This document shows, piece after piece, positions 20,568 through 30,902 of a stretch of DNA of 64,000 bases; the stretch's first letter is position 1, and each line of letters begins with the position of its first letter. Origin of the DNA: Paludibacter sp. (GTDB lineage Bacteria > Bacteroidota > Bacteroidia > Bacteroidales > Paludibacteraceae); contig DAIDKM010000003.1 in the NCBI GenBank assembly GCA_027450045.1, forward strand, positions 29,187 to 93,186. Direction: 5' to 3'. Position numbers and translations under genes: made by a program. A model generated the notes under the pieces. The model worked only from the letters and a program-made list of their open reading frames with translations. It searched no databases and was not told the origin of the DNA.

Positions 20568-20696
20568 AAATAAAAAGGTATTATCTACGTATCACTTACA
20601 TATTTTATTCATTTCAGTTATATAATTGCTTATACCAAGATATAGAGATGAATTGGAGGAATAGTGAATGAGCAACAAAGATTCGTTACAAATGGT

Positions 20697-20704
20697 TACC
20701 TTTG
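20697..20704 (+). promoter_or_regulatory. -7 promoter box for ruvB
   Basis: TACCTTTG 22 nt upstream of the ruvB ATG. Confidence 0.7.
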
Positions 20705-20726
20705 CACTCTGAAAGCTAACTGACTG

Positions 20727-21749
20727 ATGGAAACTTTTGATATTCGAGACTCTCAATTAAAAAACGAGACAGACAAAGAGTATGAGAATGCTTTGCGTCC
20801 GCTTACATTTGCTGATTTCAGTGGTCAAAACAAGATTATTGAGAACCTTTCCATTTTTGTGCAGGCTGCGCGTATGCGTGGGGAATCGTTAGATCATGTG
20901 TTGTTGCATGGCCCTCCCGGGCTGGGCAAGACAACGCTTTCGAATATAATTGCCAATGAGTTGGGTGTTGGATTCAAAATCACTTCGGGGCCGGTGCTTG
21001 ACAAGCCGGGCGATTTGGCAGGGCTGCTTACTTCGTTACAGCCTAACGAGGTGCTTTTTATCGACGAGATTCATCGCCTCAGTCCAATTGTCGAAGAGTA
21101 TCTCTATTCGGCCATGGAGGATTATCGCATTGATATTATGATCGATAAAGGGCCAAGCGCGCGTTCCATTCAGTTATCAATCAACCCATTTACTTTAGTT
21201 GGGGCTACTACGCGGAGTGGTTTGCTGACCAGCCCGTTGCGGGCGCGTTTCGGCATTAATTTCCATTTGGAATATTATGATGACTCCGTGTTGGTCACCA
21301 TTATTCAACGATCGGCAAAAATTCTGCATGTTTTATGTTCGCACGAGGCGGCTTCCGAAATTGCTTCGCGAAGCAGGGGAACTCCCCGTATTGCCAATGC
21401 TTTGTTGCGGCGGGTGCGCGATTTTGCGCAAGTGAAAGGCGATGGAAACATTGACCACGACATTGCTATTTTTGCTCTTGAAGCACTGAATATAGATCAA
21501 TATGGCTTGGATGAGGTCGATAATAAAATCTTACTGACGATTATTGATAAGTTTCAGGGTGGTCCGGTAGGCCTTTCGACCATTGCGACGGCTTTGAGTG
21601 AGGATCAAGGTACGATTGAGGAGGTCTATGAGCCTTTTTTGATTAAAGAAGGATTCTTGAAACGAACTCCACGCGGGCGAGAGGTTACCGATCTTGCTTA
21701 CCAGCATTTAGGAAGATCGAGGCAAGGAGAACAATCGTTGCTGTTTTAA
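20727..21749 (+). CDS. ruvB: Holliday junction branch migration helicase RuvB
   Basis: [51 protein letters not shown] and RTPRGR. Confidence 0.98.
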   Translation: METFDIRDSQLKNETDKEYENALRPLTFADFSGQNKIIENLSIFVQAARMRGESLDHVLLHGPPGLGKTTLSNIIANELGVGFKITSGPVLDKPGDLAGLLTSLQPNEVLFIDEIHRLSPIVEEYLYSAMEDYRIDIMIDKGPSARSIQLSINPFTLVGATTRSGLLTSPLRARFGINFHLEYYDDSVLVTIIQRSAKILHVLCSHEAASEIASRSRGTPRIANALLRRVRDFAQVKGDGNIDHDIAIFALEALNIDQYGLDEVDNKILLTIIDKFQGGPVGLSTIATALSEDQGTIEEVYEPFLIKEGFLKRTPRGREVTDLAYQHLGRSRQGEQSLLF

Positions 21750-21796
21750 TGAAAGCTATTATTTATCTTGAAAAATAAGTTGAGAAACAATCATCG

Positions 21797-23287
21797 ATGA
21801 GTAAATTAGTAAAATTAGCCAAGGATACAGCGATTTATGGTGTGAGCAGTATAGCGGGTAAAGTGTTGAACTGGCTCTTGGTGCCACTTTATGCGTATAT
21901 ATTAACGAATACGGCTGATTATGGGATTGTTACCAACTTGTATGGTTGGACGGCATTGTTGCTGGTGGTGCTGACTTATGGGATGGAGACCGGATTCTTC
22001 CGGTTTGCCAACAAAAAAGAGAATAACGCGGATGAGGTGTATGGCTCGTCATTGTTGAGCGTAGGGTCAACCTCTTTGGCTTTTGCTGTTCTTTCGTTGG
22101 TTTTTGCCGTCCCGTTTGCCAATATGATGGGGTATCATAAACATCCTGAATACATTGCCATGTTGGGGGTAGTGGTGGCTATGGATGCTTTCAGCGCCAT
22201 TCCGTTTGCCTATCTTCGTTATAAGAACCGTCCTTACATGTTTGCAGGGTTGAAAATGGTGATGATTTTTGTCAATATCCTCTTCAATCTTTTCTTTTTG
22301 ATCGGTTGTCCCTGGCTTCAACGCCATGCTCCGGGTACAATTGCCTGGTTTTATCGTCCTGATTATGGCGTGGGATATATTTTTGTGTCCAATTTGATTT
22401 CTACCATTGTTGCCACACTTTGTTTATTGCCGTTTGTCATTCATGTCAAACTTCGTTGGAATTGGCCTTTATTGAAGCAGATATTGACTTATTCCGCGCC
22501 TCTTTTATTATTGGGAATTGCCGGCATTATGAATCAAACCATTGATAAAATTTTGTTTCCGGTCATTTATCCGAATCATGCTGAGGCCATGAGGTTGTTG
22601 GGTATTTACGGCGCTAACTCCAAGATTGCCATGGTGATGATGATGTTTACGCAGGCGTTCCGGTTTGCATACGAGCCTTTTGTTTTTGCGCAACATAAAG
22701 ACAAGAGTAGCAAACAAGCCTATTCGGATGCTATGAAATACTTTATTATTTTCGCGTTGATATTGGTGTTGTCGATGACGTTTTATATTGATGTGTTGAA
22801 ATATATCATCGGGCCGGAATACCGAAAAGGCCTGACCGTGGTGCCTATTGTGCTGGTTTCTTACCTGTTTCAAGGCATCTTTTTCAATCTCTCTTTGTGG
22901 TATAAACTGATTGATAAAACCATCTATGGTGCGATTTTTTCGGGAATCGGTTTTATAATCACCTTGTCGTTGAATATCTTATTAGTCCCCAAGTTGAATT
23001 ATTTCGGGTCGGCGTGGGCGGCATTTTCGGCTTATTTTGTAATCGTGTTGATCTCTTATTTCTACGGACAAAAATATTTCCCCATCAACTATCAACTGAA
23101 AGTGATCGGAAAGTATTTTTTGTTAGCAGGAATCCTTTTTGTCTTGGGTTGGTTTGTGACATTCCATATTACGCTTATCACGATGGCTTTCAGAACCGTA
23201 TTGCTTGCCATTTTTATCTGGTATGCGGTGAGACATGATTTGCCATTGGCTAAATTGCCGTATATCAATAAATTAGTTAAAAAATGA
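21797..23287 (+). CDS. Wzx-like / MOP-superfamily polysaccharide flippase
   Basis: Multiple TM segments; KDTAIYG, YGMETGFFRF and FRFAYEPF; the usual ruvB neighbour in Bacteroidales. Confidence 0.85.
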   Translation: MSKLVKLAKDTAIYGVSSIAGKVLNWLLVPLYAYILTNTADYGIVTNLYGWTALLLVVLTYGMETGFFRFANKKENNADEVYGSSLLSVGSTSLAFAVLSLVFAVPFANMMGYHKHPEYIAMLGVVVAMDAFSAIPFAYLRYKNRPYMFAGLKMVMIFVNILFNLFFLIGCPWLQRHAPGTIAWFYRPDYGVGYIFVSNLISTIVATLCLLPFVIHVKLRWNWPLLKQILTYSAPLLLLGIAGIMNQTIDKILFPVIYPNHAEAMRLLGIYGANSKIAMVMMMFTQAFRFAYEPFVFAQHKDKSSKQAYSDAMKYFIIFALILVLSMTFYIDVLKYIIGPEYRKGLTVVPIVLVSYLFQGIFFNLSLWYKLIDKTIYGAIFSGIGFIITLSLNILLVPKLNYFGSAWAAFSAYFVIVLISYFYGQKYFPINYQLKVIGKYFLLAGILFVLGWFVTFHITLITMAFRTVLLAIFIWYAVRHDLPLAKLPYINKLVKK

Positions 23288-24408
23288 TTATTGGGTATGA
23301 TGCAAAGCGTGCCTTTTGGAATCGTCGCGGGTTGGGGAACTTTAGCCGCGATTTGATTCGCTTGATGGAGCACTATTTCCCTGAAAATCAGTATCTGCTG
23401 TTTACTCCCAAACGGCAAGGCGCACCTTTTTTACCTGATAGTAATGGCGCAAAGGCTATTCAACCTACTGCAACGTTTGATAAATTGGTGCCGGCTTATT
23501 GGCGTTCGGTGGGGATGGTTCGTGATATAAAACATCAGCAATTGGACATTTATCATGGGTTGAGTCAAGAGTTGCCTTATGGCATTCGTTCTACCGGAGT
23601 TAAATCTGTCGTGACGATTCATGATGCGATCTTTGTGCGTTATCCCGAATTGTACGATCCAGCTTATCGTTATATTTTTACTCGAAAAAACCGCTACAGT
23701 TGTCGTGTCGCCAATCGTATTGTGGCGATCAGTGAGCAGACAAAGCGTGATTGCATAGAGTTTTTTGGTGCGGATGAAGCGAAGATTGATGTGGTGTATC
23801 AAGGGTGTAGCTCCATTTTCAGGAATGAGGTAACATTGGATGAAATGGCAGCGGTACGAAAAAAGTATGGTTTGCCACAACAATTTCTGTTATCTGTCGG
23901 CGCTATCGAAACGCGCAAAAACATGGGGGTGATCTTAGATGCGATGCATCAAGGTAAAATTGATATGCCCTTGGTCATTGTTGGCGGCATTACATCATAT
24001 TTGACAGAATTGCATAAAAAGATAAACTTTTATTCTCTTGACAGTCAAGTTGTTTTTCTTCATAAGGCTACTTTTACGGATTTTCCGGCCATGTATCATG
24101 CAGCCTCTTGCATGATTTACCCGTCTTTGTTTGAAGGATTCGGATTACCCATTTTGGAGGCGCTTTGTACCGGTACACCGGTGATTACGTCACAAGGTGG
24201 TTGTTTCGAAGAGACAGGCGGTGATGCAGCGCTTTATATCGATCCGATGGATGCGGACGAGTTGGCCGATGCTATTCAGCGTGTTTTGTCCGATTCCCGA
24301 TTAAGAAAGGAAATGATCGACAAGGGCTTGCAACATGCTGAATTATTTGCCGACGAGCAGGTTGCTCACAACATGATGCGGGTTTATTCGAACCTAATGA
24401 AGGAATAA
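23284..24408 (+). CDS. GT4 (GT-B fold) glycosyltransferase
   Basis: IGYDAKRAF..RGLGN, VVTIHD, VGAIETRKN and YPSLFEGFGLPILEA; overlaps the flippase stop (ATGA). Confidence 0.9.
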   Translation: MIIGYDAKRAFWNRRGLGNFSRDLIRLMEHYFPENQYLLFTPKRQGAPFLPDSNGAKAIQPTATFDKLVPAYWRSVGMVRDIKHQQLDIYHGLSQELPYGIRSTGVKSVVTIHDAIFVRYPELYDPAYRYIFTRKNRYSCRVANRIVAISEQTKRDCIEFFGADEAKIDVVYQGCSSIFRNEVTLDEMAAVRKKYGLPQQFLLSVGAIETRKNMGVILDAMHQGKIDMPLVIVGGITSYLTELHKKINFYSLDSQVVFLHKATFTDFPAMYHAASCMIYPSLFEGFGLPILEALCTGTPVITSQGGCFEETGGDAALYIDPMDADELADAIQRVLSDSRLRKEMIDKGLQHAELFADEQVAHNMMRVYSNLMKE

Positions 24409-25343
24409 TGTCTTCACACACTTCAAATGAACTAACTCCATATCCTCCGGTTTCTATTGCTCTTTGCACGTACAATGGAGCTGCTTTTTTGGCTCAACAA
24501 TTGGAAAGTATTTTGAGCCAAACCTATCCGAACATTACTGACATTGTGTGTGTTGATGATTGTTCGACTGACGAAACCCTCTCTATTTTACACCAGTTCG
24601 CTCTTCGTGATGGCAGGATTCGCATTTTTCAAAACAGCCGTAATCTTGGATATATCCGTAATTTCGAGAAGGCTATGGGTTTAACACATGAGCCGCTTAT
24701 CGCTTTGTCGGATCAAGATGATCATTGGTATCCTGCAAAAATAGAACGATTGGTAGCCGCTATCGGAACACATTTGTTGGTTTATTCCGATTCTGAATAC
24801 ATCAACGAACAAGGCGAAAAAACAGGGCAAAAACTCTCTGATTATCGTAAGTTAGGCATGGAAATGAATGTCCTCAATCTGGCGTTGTTTAATGTTGTGG
24901 CAGGCCACACTATGATGATCAGAAGAGAGTTATTTGCGCAATCTATTCCGTTTCATACAAAAATCCCTCATGATTACTGGTTGGCATTCCAGGCAGCCAA
25001 GTCCGGTTCTATCGGGTTTGTTGATGAAGCATTGGTGGGTTATCGACAACATACTACCAATGTTTTAGGCGCTATTGGTTCAAAAAATAAGAATAAAAGT
25101 AACGTATTAGCTCAAACCCACGAACGGTTAACTGCCTTTTCTGATAGTTTACAGGGTGTCAATGTCAAACATCAAGCTCTTTTAAAGAATCTTTCTTCGT
25201 TTTATGTTGATCTTTCCTGGCAGAAACGGATGCGTAAAGTGGGTTTTTTCTGGAAACATCAACATGAATTATTGCAGGCGAAAAGACGGAATAATCTCCG
25301 CAAACGTTTCTACTGCATTCAAATGTATTGGCGAACCACGTAG
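24408..25343 (+). CDS. GT2 glycosyltransferase
   Basis: SIALCTYNGA, VDDCSTD, LSDQDDHW, VAGHTM, HDYW and YRQH. Confidence 0.9.
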   Translation: MSSHTSNELTPYPPVSIALCTYNGAAFLAQQLESILSQTYPNITDIVCVDDCSTDETLSILHQFALRDGRIRIFQNSRNLGYIRNFEKAMGLTHEPLIALSDQDDHWYPAKIERLVAAIGTHLLVYSDSEYINEQGEKTGQKLSDYRKLGMEMNVLNLALFNVVAGHTMMIRRELFAQSIPFHTKIPHDYWLAFQAAKSGSIGFVDEALVGYRQHTTNVLGAIGSKNKNKSNVLAQTHERLTAFSDSLQGVNVKHQALLKNLSSFYVDLSWQKRMRKVGFFWKHQHELLQAKRRNNLRKRFYCIQMYWRTT

Positions 25344-25359
25344 CCTTATCTCTCCATTA

Positions 25360-26349
25360 TCACGGTTTTTCCTTGTAAATGACACCCAACAGGGTTTGTC
25401 CCACGGCTAATAAAGTAGTTCGATCAATGTTGGCCATCGTGTCGTGGGTAGTATGCCAATAAGAAGCGAATCCCGTAGGACTGTTCAGATCTTCCTGAAT
25501 GATGTCGATGCAGGGAATGCCTGCTAATCGATTGACAAATACATGGTCGTCGGTGATGGCGCCGCCATCCTGATCGACAAAGAAGGCAGAAAACCCATCC
25601 TCTTTAGCTTGATTCCACACTTTCGCCACTATGTCAGGTGCATTGTTCATTGACTCTTGTTCTTTGTAGAATGTGGCGTTTGGAGCACCAACCATGTCTA
25701 ATAGAATGCCAAAGCGTGCATGATAATTGGCCGGTTCGAGGTGTGTCGCCCAATATTGAGTGCCAAGGCACCATGAATTTTCATCCTGAGCGCCTTTGTA
25801 AAAATCGGGAGTGCCGTCATCTTCCGAGTCAAGGAAAATGATGTCGACGCCTACCGTAGGTTGTTGTTGGCTTAGTTGCCGTGCAACTTCCATCAAAACA
25901 CCAACGCCGCTTGCTCCATCGTTTGCTCCCAGAACAGGTTGATGATAATTGGCCGGATTTGGATCGTGGTCGCAATAAGGGCGACTATCCCAGTGCGCAC
26001 AAAGCAATATACGTGTTTTAGCGGCGGGATTAAAGCTCGAAATGATGTTATTTGAGTGAAGAATGGTTCCATCGTAAGCCTTCAGGTCTGCTTTTTGTTG
26101 AATAACCTTGGCGCCGAAACGTTCCATTTGATTTACTAAATACGCGCCACATTCGTCGTGTGCTTTCGTATTTGGTACACGAGGCCCGAAGTCCACTTGT
26201 GTTTTCGTGTAAAGATACGCCGAATCGGCATTGAATTGAGGAATGTTGAGCATGGTTTCCTTGCTTGCTTGCTTATTCGATTTTGCGGCTGACGAACAGC
26301 TACTCAAAGCTAAAATAGCTATAATCAGGCTGAAAGGGAATAGTTTCAT
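25360..26349 (-). CDS. M28-family lipoprotein, probable glutaminyl-peptide cyclotransferase
   Basis: Lipobox LSSC; FGPRVPNT, LCAHWDSRP, GANDGASGVGVL, DSED, LLDMVG, ITDDH, PCIDII and YWHT. Confidence 0.8.
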   Translation of the reverse strand: MKLFPFSLIIAILALSSCSSAAKSNKQASKETMLNIPQFNADSAYLYTKTQVDFGPRVPNTKAHDECGAYLVNQMERFGAKVIQQKADLKAYDGTILHSNNIISSFNPAAKTRILLCAHWDSRPYCDHDPNPANYHQPVLGANDGASGVGVLMEVARQLSQQQPTVGVDIIFLDSEDDGTPDFYKGAQDENSWCLGTQYWATHLEPANYHARFGILLDMVGAPNATFYKEQESMNNAPDIVAKVWNQAKEDGFSAFFVDQDGGAITDDHVFVNRLAGIPCIDIIQEDLNSPTGFASYWHTTHDTMANIDRTTLLAVGQTLLGVIYKEKP

Positions 26350-26360
26350 AATGAGAATGA

Positions 26361-27854
26361 TTAGAATTTATATTGTAAAGTGACACGAGAATCAAATGTG
26401 GCATACGTTACGTTCGGGTAGTAAAGATAATGAGCAATGCGGATAAACCGGCGCTGTTCGATCAATAAACTGAGCGAATGAGATAATATTAAATTAAACG
26501 TCGGTGTGATGATAAAAAGGTTGCTGTGCCCTTTGTTGCCTTCGGTGTTGAGGTAATCGTTTTGTTGTTCCGTTAAATTCGCAAGATCCAAGCCAGACGG
26601 ATATCCTTTGAAGGTGTACAAGTTCAGATTGTAAAGTTGAATGCTAAATTGACCTATATGTTGCATCTTCATGCTTGCATCCAGATTGATGCTAAAGCCT
26701 TGTCCCATGTTATATTGCCTTTCAGGAAGGTTAAGGTGATCGGTATATGCAGCTCCTAACAGCACGATATTTGCAAAGCTTTTTACCACAAATTGCATCT
26801 GTTTATCGTCCGTGTTGAGACGATAAAGCATACCCGGCCCGAAAGAAACCGTTTCGGCAACCTGATAAGGTTTGATATGAGAGCCGCTCACGTAGATGGG
26901 GTCGGAGTCGTAGAAATTGAAATGTTGATAAAGACCCAGCACCATTTCCTGATCACGCGGTAACTCTACATGATGTCCCCATATCAGCCCAATAGCATTC
27001 GCAGTGTTCAAAACCGGTTGTTTTCCGCCAAGATTAAATTCCAAGTTGAAAGTAAACCAATCATAAGGCTGAAAATTCGATTGATCAAAAGGATCACCGT
27101 AGTTTGTTCTCAGTCCAAATGCAAGGCCATAACTGCCTTGAAACAGGTGGCTGCGCTCTGAGATAAAACGACCGCCCCAATTCACTTCAAAATGAACGGG
27201 TGTGGATAGTAGAAATTCATTAGAAGGATGATGAATCACGCGAAAGGCTTCCCCCGAAACAATGCGGTTGAATTCAACCATAGGAGCAAGAACGAAGCCG
27301 GCCAATTCGTTGAACACACGAGCGGATCCCACTTTGCTGTCGTCGTATACCGCACTCGATAAACGATAAAGAATTTCACCCAACATTTCCCCTCCAAAGG
27401 TTGTTGCCAAAAAATCGTTTGTTGATGGTGGTTGTGTTTCCATGAAACCTTCCCACATCAAACTACCACCGGCTGAAAATGGAAGCGATTGCCAAAAATT
27501 CATTCCATTGGCACGAGCTGCTGTAAACGATAAACTCCCATCGTAAGGGTGCATGAAGAGGTTGGTTGACATGTTGTCGTTATCCCATAGAAAGCCGGCT
27601 TTTAGGTTTTGCTGCATGGAGGATAAACTAATTTTGGCAAACCCCTGACCGCTTACATAATCAACTCCCCAAACTGACATATTGAGACCAAAAACTTCAG
27701 CGGCAGCGACAAGAGGTCTTTTCTTCAGCGCATCGACTTTATGTTGAATGCTATCTTCGTACATAGGTAGGTGGTACTTTACCGAGTCAGGCACTTGTGA
27801 GTAGCCCAATTCAATAAAGCCGGAAAATAAAATAACCCACGTCCCTCGTAACAT
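26361..27854 (-). CDS. DUF3943-domain outer-membrane protein (probable start MLRGT at 27854)
   Basis: WDNDNMSTNLFMHPYDGSL..AARANG and PSTNDFLATTFGG..LGE; beta-barrel-like aromatic C-terminus (LQYKF). Confidence 0.65.
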   Translation of the reverse strand: MLRGTWVILFSGFIELGYSQVPDSVKYHLPMYEDSIQHKVDALKKRPLVAAAEVFGLNMSVWGVDYVSGQGFAKISLSSMQQNLKAGFLWDNDNMSTNLFMHPYDGSLSFTAARANGMNFWQSLPFSAGGSLMWEGFMETQPPSTNDFLATTFGGEMLGEILYRLSSAVYDDSKVGSARVFNELAGFVLAPMVEFNRIVSGEAFRVIHHPSNEFLLSTPVHFEVNWGGRFISERSHLFQGSYGLAFGLRTNYGDPFDQSNFQPYDWFTFNLEFNLGGKQPVLNTANAIGLIWGHHVELPRDQEMVLGLYQHFNFYDSDPIYVSGSHIKPYQVAETVSFGPGMLYRLNTDDKQMQFVVKSFANIVLLGAAYTDHLNLPERQYNMGQGFSINLDASMKMQHIGQFSIQLYNLNLYTFKGYPSGLDLANLTEQQNDYLNTEGNKGHSNLFIITPTFNLILSHSLSLLIEQRRFIRIAHYLYYPNVTYATFDSRVTLQYKF

Positions 27855-27861
27855 GTTGCAA

Positions 27862-29007
27862 CTATTTTGTGTGTAAAATGTTAGGCAAAATAATACCAAT
27901 TTCTGCCATTGGCTTCCATTGTATAGTTCTATCGCCAAAAAAATAATTTCTGGCAGCATAACCACCGGATGCAAAAAGCGATATTCCTTTTGGAAAAGCA
28001 TATTCTGCGTTGATTCTCATCTCTCGCGAAAAGCCGCTATCACCATGAGACGAGGAAAAGAACAGCAGGTAGCTAATACCTAAATCACTACTTAAAATGA
28101 CATGGTCTATCTTATGATAAACTCCTAAACGATAAAAAATAAGACCTGATGACTCATAACGTATCGGATCGTAAGGCGTTCCAAATCCAACCATAGAGTA
28201 GGTCAAACGATTCATAAACCGAATACCTACATTATAAGTTGACACATTGCTCCAATACAGAACAGGCCGTACTTGTGTTTGTGGAGAAACGGATACTAAT
28301 CCGATTTTGACGGCATTGGTGTCAGCTGAATAATTGACTATGCCAATTTGCGCCCCTTGTAAATGTTGTGTAAAGTTTAATATACCAATTTGTATGCCGG
28401 ATAATGAAGTTGCATAATTGGCTATCCCTGCCACTTGAACTCCTTGTATGTCATGCAGTCCGAAATTAACGATTCCTGCCAACTGGACAGAAGGATGTGA
28501 TGAATTTACCACATTAAATCCTGCTGCAATTTGCATTCCCCTGAGTGTTCCTCCAACCACATTCATAAATCCTGCCACTTGAATTCCTTCTAAATCGGTG
28601 ATTTCAATATTTTGAATGGCAGATGCTTGCATACCGTGAAGGCTCCATCGGTTGATATTCATAAGGCCGCTTGTGGCTAATCCTGTAAATGGACCTCTTT
28701 GGATGTTATAAAGTCCGGCAAATGAAAACCCTTTGGCGGTGCTGTCAATTCTTGAGTAAATTCCGGCAATTTGGATGCCGTTCATTTCTCCATAGTTAAT
28801 GCCATTAAAGAGATTGAAAGAAAACCCTTGCAATGAACTTATCTTTGATTCGGGTAGTCCTAACGAAAACCATACCGGCTGATGGTGGGAAAACGGCAGT
28901 GTTGCAAAGGGATCCCAAATAGATAGGTTGACTGAATGGCTGCTTTGCTGAGCCAAGCAGCTGATAAAAAAAGACAGTAAGGCCAGTGTAATGGTTGTTC
29001 GCTTCAT
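27862..29007 (-). CDS. LA_2272-like repeat surface protein
   Basis: Signal peptide, about 9 repeats of ~15 aa of G[IVM]Q[IV]AG..N type, then a beta-rich C-terminal domain. Confidence 0.65.
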   Translation of the reverse strand: MKRTTITLALLSFFISCLAQQSSHSVNLSIWDPFATLPFSHHQPVWFSLGLPESKISSLQGFSFNLFNGINYGEMNGIQIAGIYSRIDSTAKGFSFAGLYNIQRGPFTGLATSGLMNINRWSLHGMQASAIQNIEITDLEGIQVAGFMNVVGGTLRGMQIAAGFNVVNSSHPSVQLAGIVNFGLHDIQGVQVAGIANYATSLSGIQIGILNFTQHLQGAQIGIVNYSADTNAVKIGLVSVSPQTQVRPVLYWSNVSTYNVGIRFMNRLTYSMVGFGTPYDPIRYESSGLIFYRLGVYHKIDHVILSSDLGISYLLFFSSSHGDSGFSREMRINAEYAFPKGISLFASGGYAARNYFFGDRTIQWKPMAEIGIILPNILHTK

Positions 29008-29158
29008 GTAACGAAAACTTAGGAGACAAAGTTACTTCATTTTGCTTTGTTTGATGATTCTGACAAAACGGATGGAAGCTGAAATATCTCTTTTCCCTGT
29101 TTCAGGATGGTGTATTCCAAGGAATAGGCTATCTTTGTTGTTCAAATTAATTGCCAAT

Positions 29159-29893
29159 ATGAATTCGATGGTTGTATTATTAAAAAAGGAATTTGCTAAT
29201 TTCTTCAGCTCTGCCATAGGTTATCTTGTGGTAGGTGTTTTTCTGACACTCACCGGTTTATTCCTTTGGGTGTTCCCCGGTAATTACAATATTCTTGATT
29301 CGGGCTACGCTCAATTGGATGGCCTGTTTTCGTTAGCGCCGTGGCTCTATCTTTTTCTGATTCCGGCAATCACGATGCGTTTGTTTGCGGAAGAAAAGCG
29401 ATCGGGCACGCTCGAATTACTTTTCACCCGACCCATTACCAAATGGAACATTGTGTTGTCGAAATATTTGGCGGGCATGTTGTTGGTTGCTGTTTCATTG
29501 CTCCCAACCATTGTTTATTTTATCTCGGTTTACTATATGTCCGATCCGATTGGTAATATTGATGTAGGAGGGTTTTGGGGGTCTTACATTGGACTCTTTT
29601 TGCTTGCATCGGTCTATGTGGCTATCGGCCTTTTTGCTTCATCGTTGAGCGACAATCAAATCACTGCATTTATATTGGCAGTAACCCTTTCATTTGTTTT
29701 TTATTTCGGGTTTGATTTAGTGGCCTCTTTATCGCTTTCGGGGGCAAAACAAATGGCGATTGCCGCTTTGGGAATTAATAAACACTATACCTCCATGAGT
29801 CGTGGAGTGATCGATAGTCGCGATGTTGCCTATTTCCTTAGCGTGATTGGTTTGTTCTTGCTGGCTACGCGATGGAGGATTCGTGCGAAATGA
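29159..29893 (+). CDS. gldF: ABC-2 permease, GldF family (probable start 29159 or 29168)
   Basis: KKEFANFFSS..GYLV, AITMRLFAEEKRSGTLELLFTRP, GSYIGL, LSDNQI and HYTSMSRGVIDSRD. Confidence 0.8.
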   Translation: MNSMVVLLKKEFANFFSSAIGYLVVGVFLTLTGLFLWVFPGNYNILDSGYAQLDGLFSLAPWLYLFLIPAITMRLFAEEKRSGTLELLFTRPITKWNIVLSKYLAGMLLVAVSLLPTIVYFISVYYMSDPIGNIDVGGFWGSYIGLFLLASVYVAIGLFASSLSDNQITAFILAVTLSFVFYFGFDLVASLSLSGAKQMAIAALGINKHYTSMSRGVIDSRDVAYFLSVIGLFLLATRWRIRAK

Positions 29894-30054
29894 CAATAGA
29901 AACGGCAAGGTTGAAAGCGAAAGGGGTTAAAGCCGGAGGGATTGGAGGATGCAATCACAAGGCAATGGACAATAAGTAACTGTAATCCGGAAAGATACAG
30001 ATTTGAAGCGGCACATTGTAAATACCTAAACTGTCAATCGATTAAAGTTCGATG

Positions 30055-30897
30055 TTATTTCATTGCTTTAAAGCTCATGTCTAAGCTTTTGACAGAATGG
30101 GTTAGCGCTCCCACCGAGATGTAATCGACGCCGCATTCAGCATAAGCGCGAAGGGTTTCAAAGATAATGCCTCCGGATGATTCTATTTCGTAACGTCCAT
30201 TAATCATTGCCACTCCTTTGCGTGTTTGTTCGATGGAGAAGTTATCGAACATGATACGATCAACACCTCCAATTTCAAGCACTTGTTCAATCTCTTTGAA
30301 ATTGCGCACTTCAATTTCAATTTTCAATGATTTTTCATGCTTGGCTAAATAGTCTTGAGCGGCAAGAATGGCTTTTTGAATGCCACCGGCAAAGTCCACA
30401 TGATTATCTTTCAGGAGAATCATATCATATAAGCCGATACGATGATTGACACCACCGCCAATGCGTACGGCTTCTTTTTCCAAGAGCCGTAATCCCGGCG
30501 TTGTTTTTCGCGTATCGAGAACTTTCGTTTTCAATCCTTCCAATTGTTTGGCGTAGTGACGTGTCGTAGTTGCAATACCGCTCATTCGTTGCATGACGTT
30601 TAGCATCACGCGTTCCGTTTGCAATAAGGAAAGAACTTTCCCTTCAACTATAAATGCCACGTCGCCAATATTCACTTCTTGTCCGTCTTGAATGAATGTA
30701 GTCATTTTGAGTTGATCGTCGAAAGAAGAGAATATCTTCTTAGCTACTTCAACGCCTGCCAAGACTCCTTTTTCTTTGATAATCAGTTGTGATTTTCCTT
30801 CAGCAGTTTCGGGAATACATGATAGCGAAGTGTGATCGCCATCCCCAATGTCTTCTTTTAACCAAGTGATAATCTGCTGTTCTAATTGCTTATCCAT
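30055..30897 (-). CDS. nadC: Quinolinate phosphoribosyltransferase
   Basis: EDIGDGDHTS, LDTRKTTPGLR, NHRIGLYD..LLKDNH, IEIEV, IMFDNF and DYISVGALTHS. Confidence 0.97.
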   Translation of the reverse strand: MDKQLEQQIITWLKEDIGDGDHTSLSCIPETAEGKSQLIIKEKGVLAGVEVAKKIFSSFDDQLKMTTFIQDGQEVNIGDVAFIVEGKVLSLLQTERVMLNVMQRMSGIATTTRHYAKQLEGLKTKVLDTRKTTPGLRLLEKEAVRIGGGVNHRIGLYDMILLKDNHVDFAGGIQKAILAAQDYLAKHEKSLKIEIEVRNFKEIEQVLEIGGVDRIMFDNFSIEQTRKGVAMINGRYEIESSGGIIFETLRAYAECGVDYISVGALTHSVKSLDMSFKAMK

Positions 30898-30902
30898 TCG
30901 AT

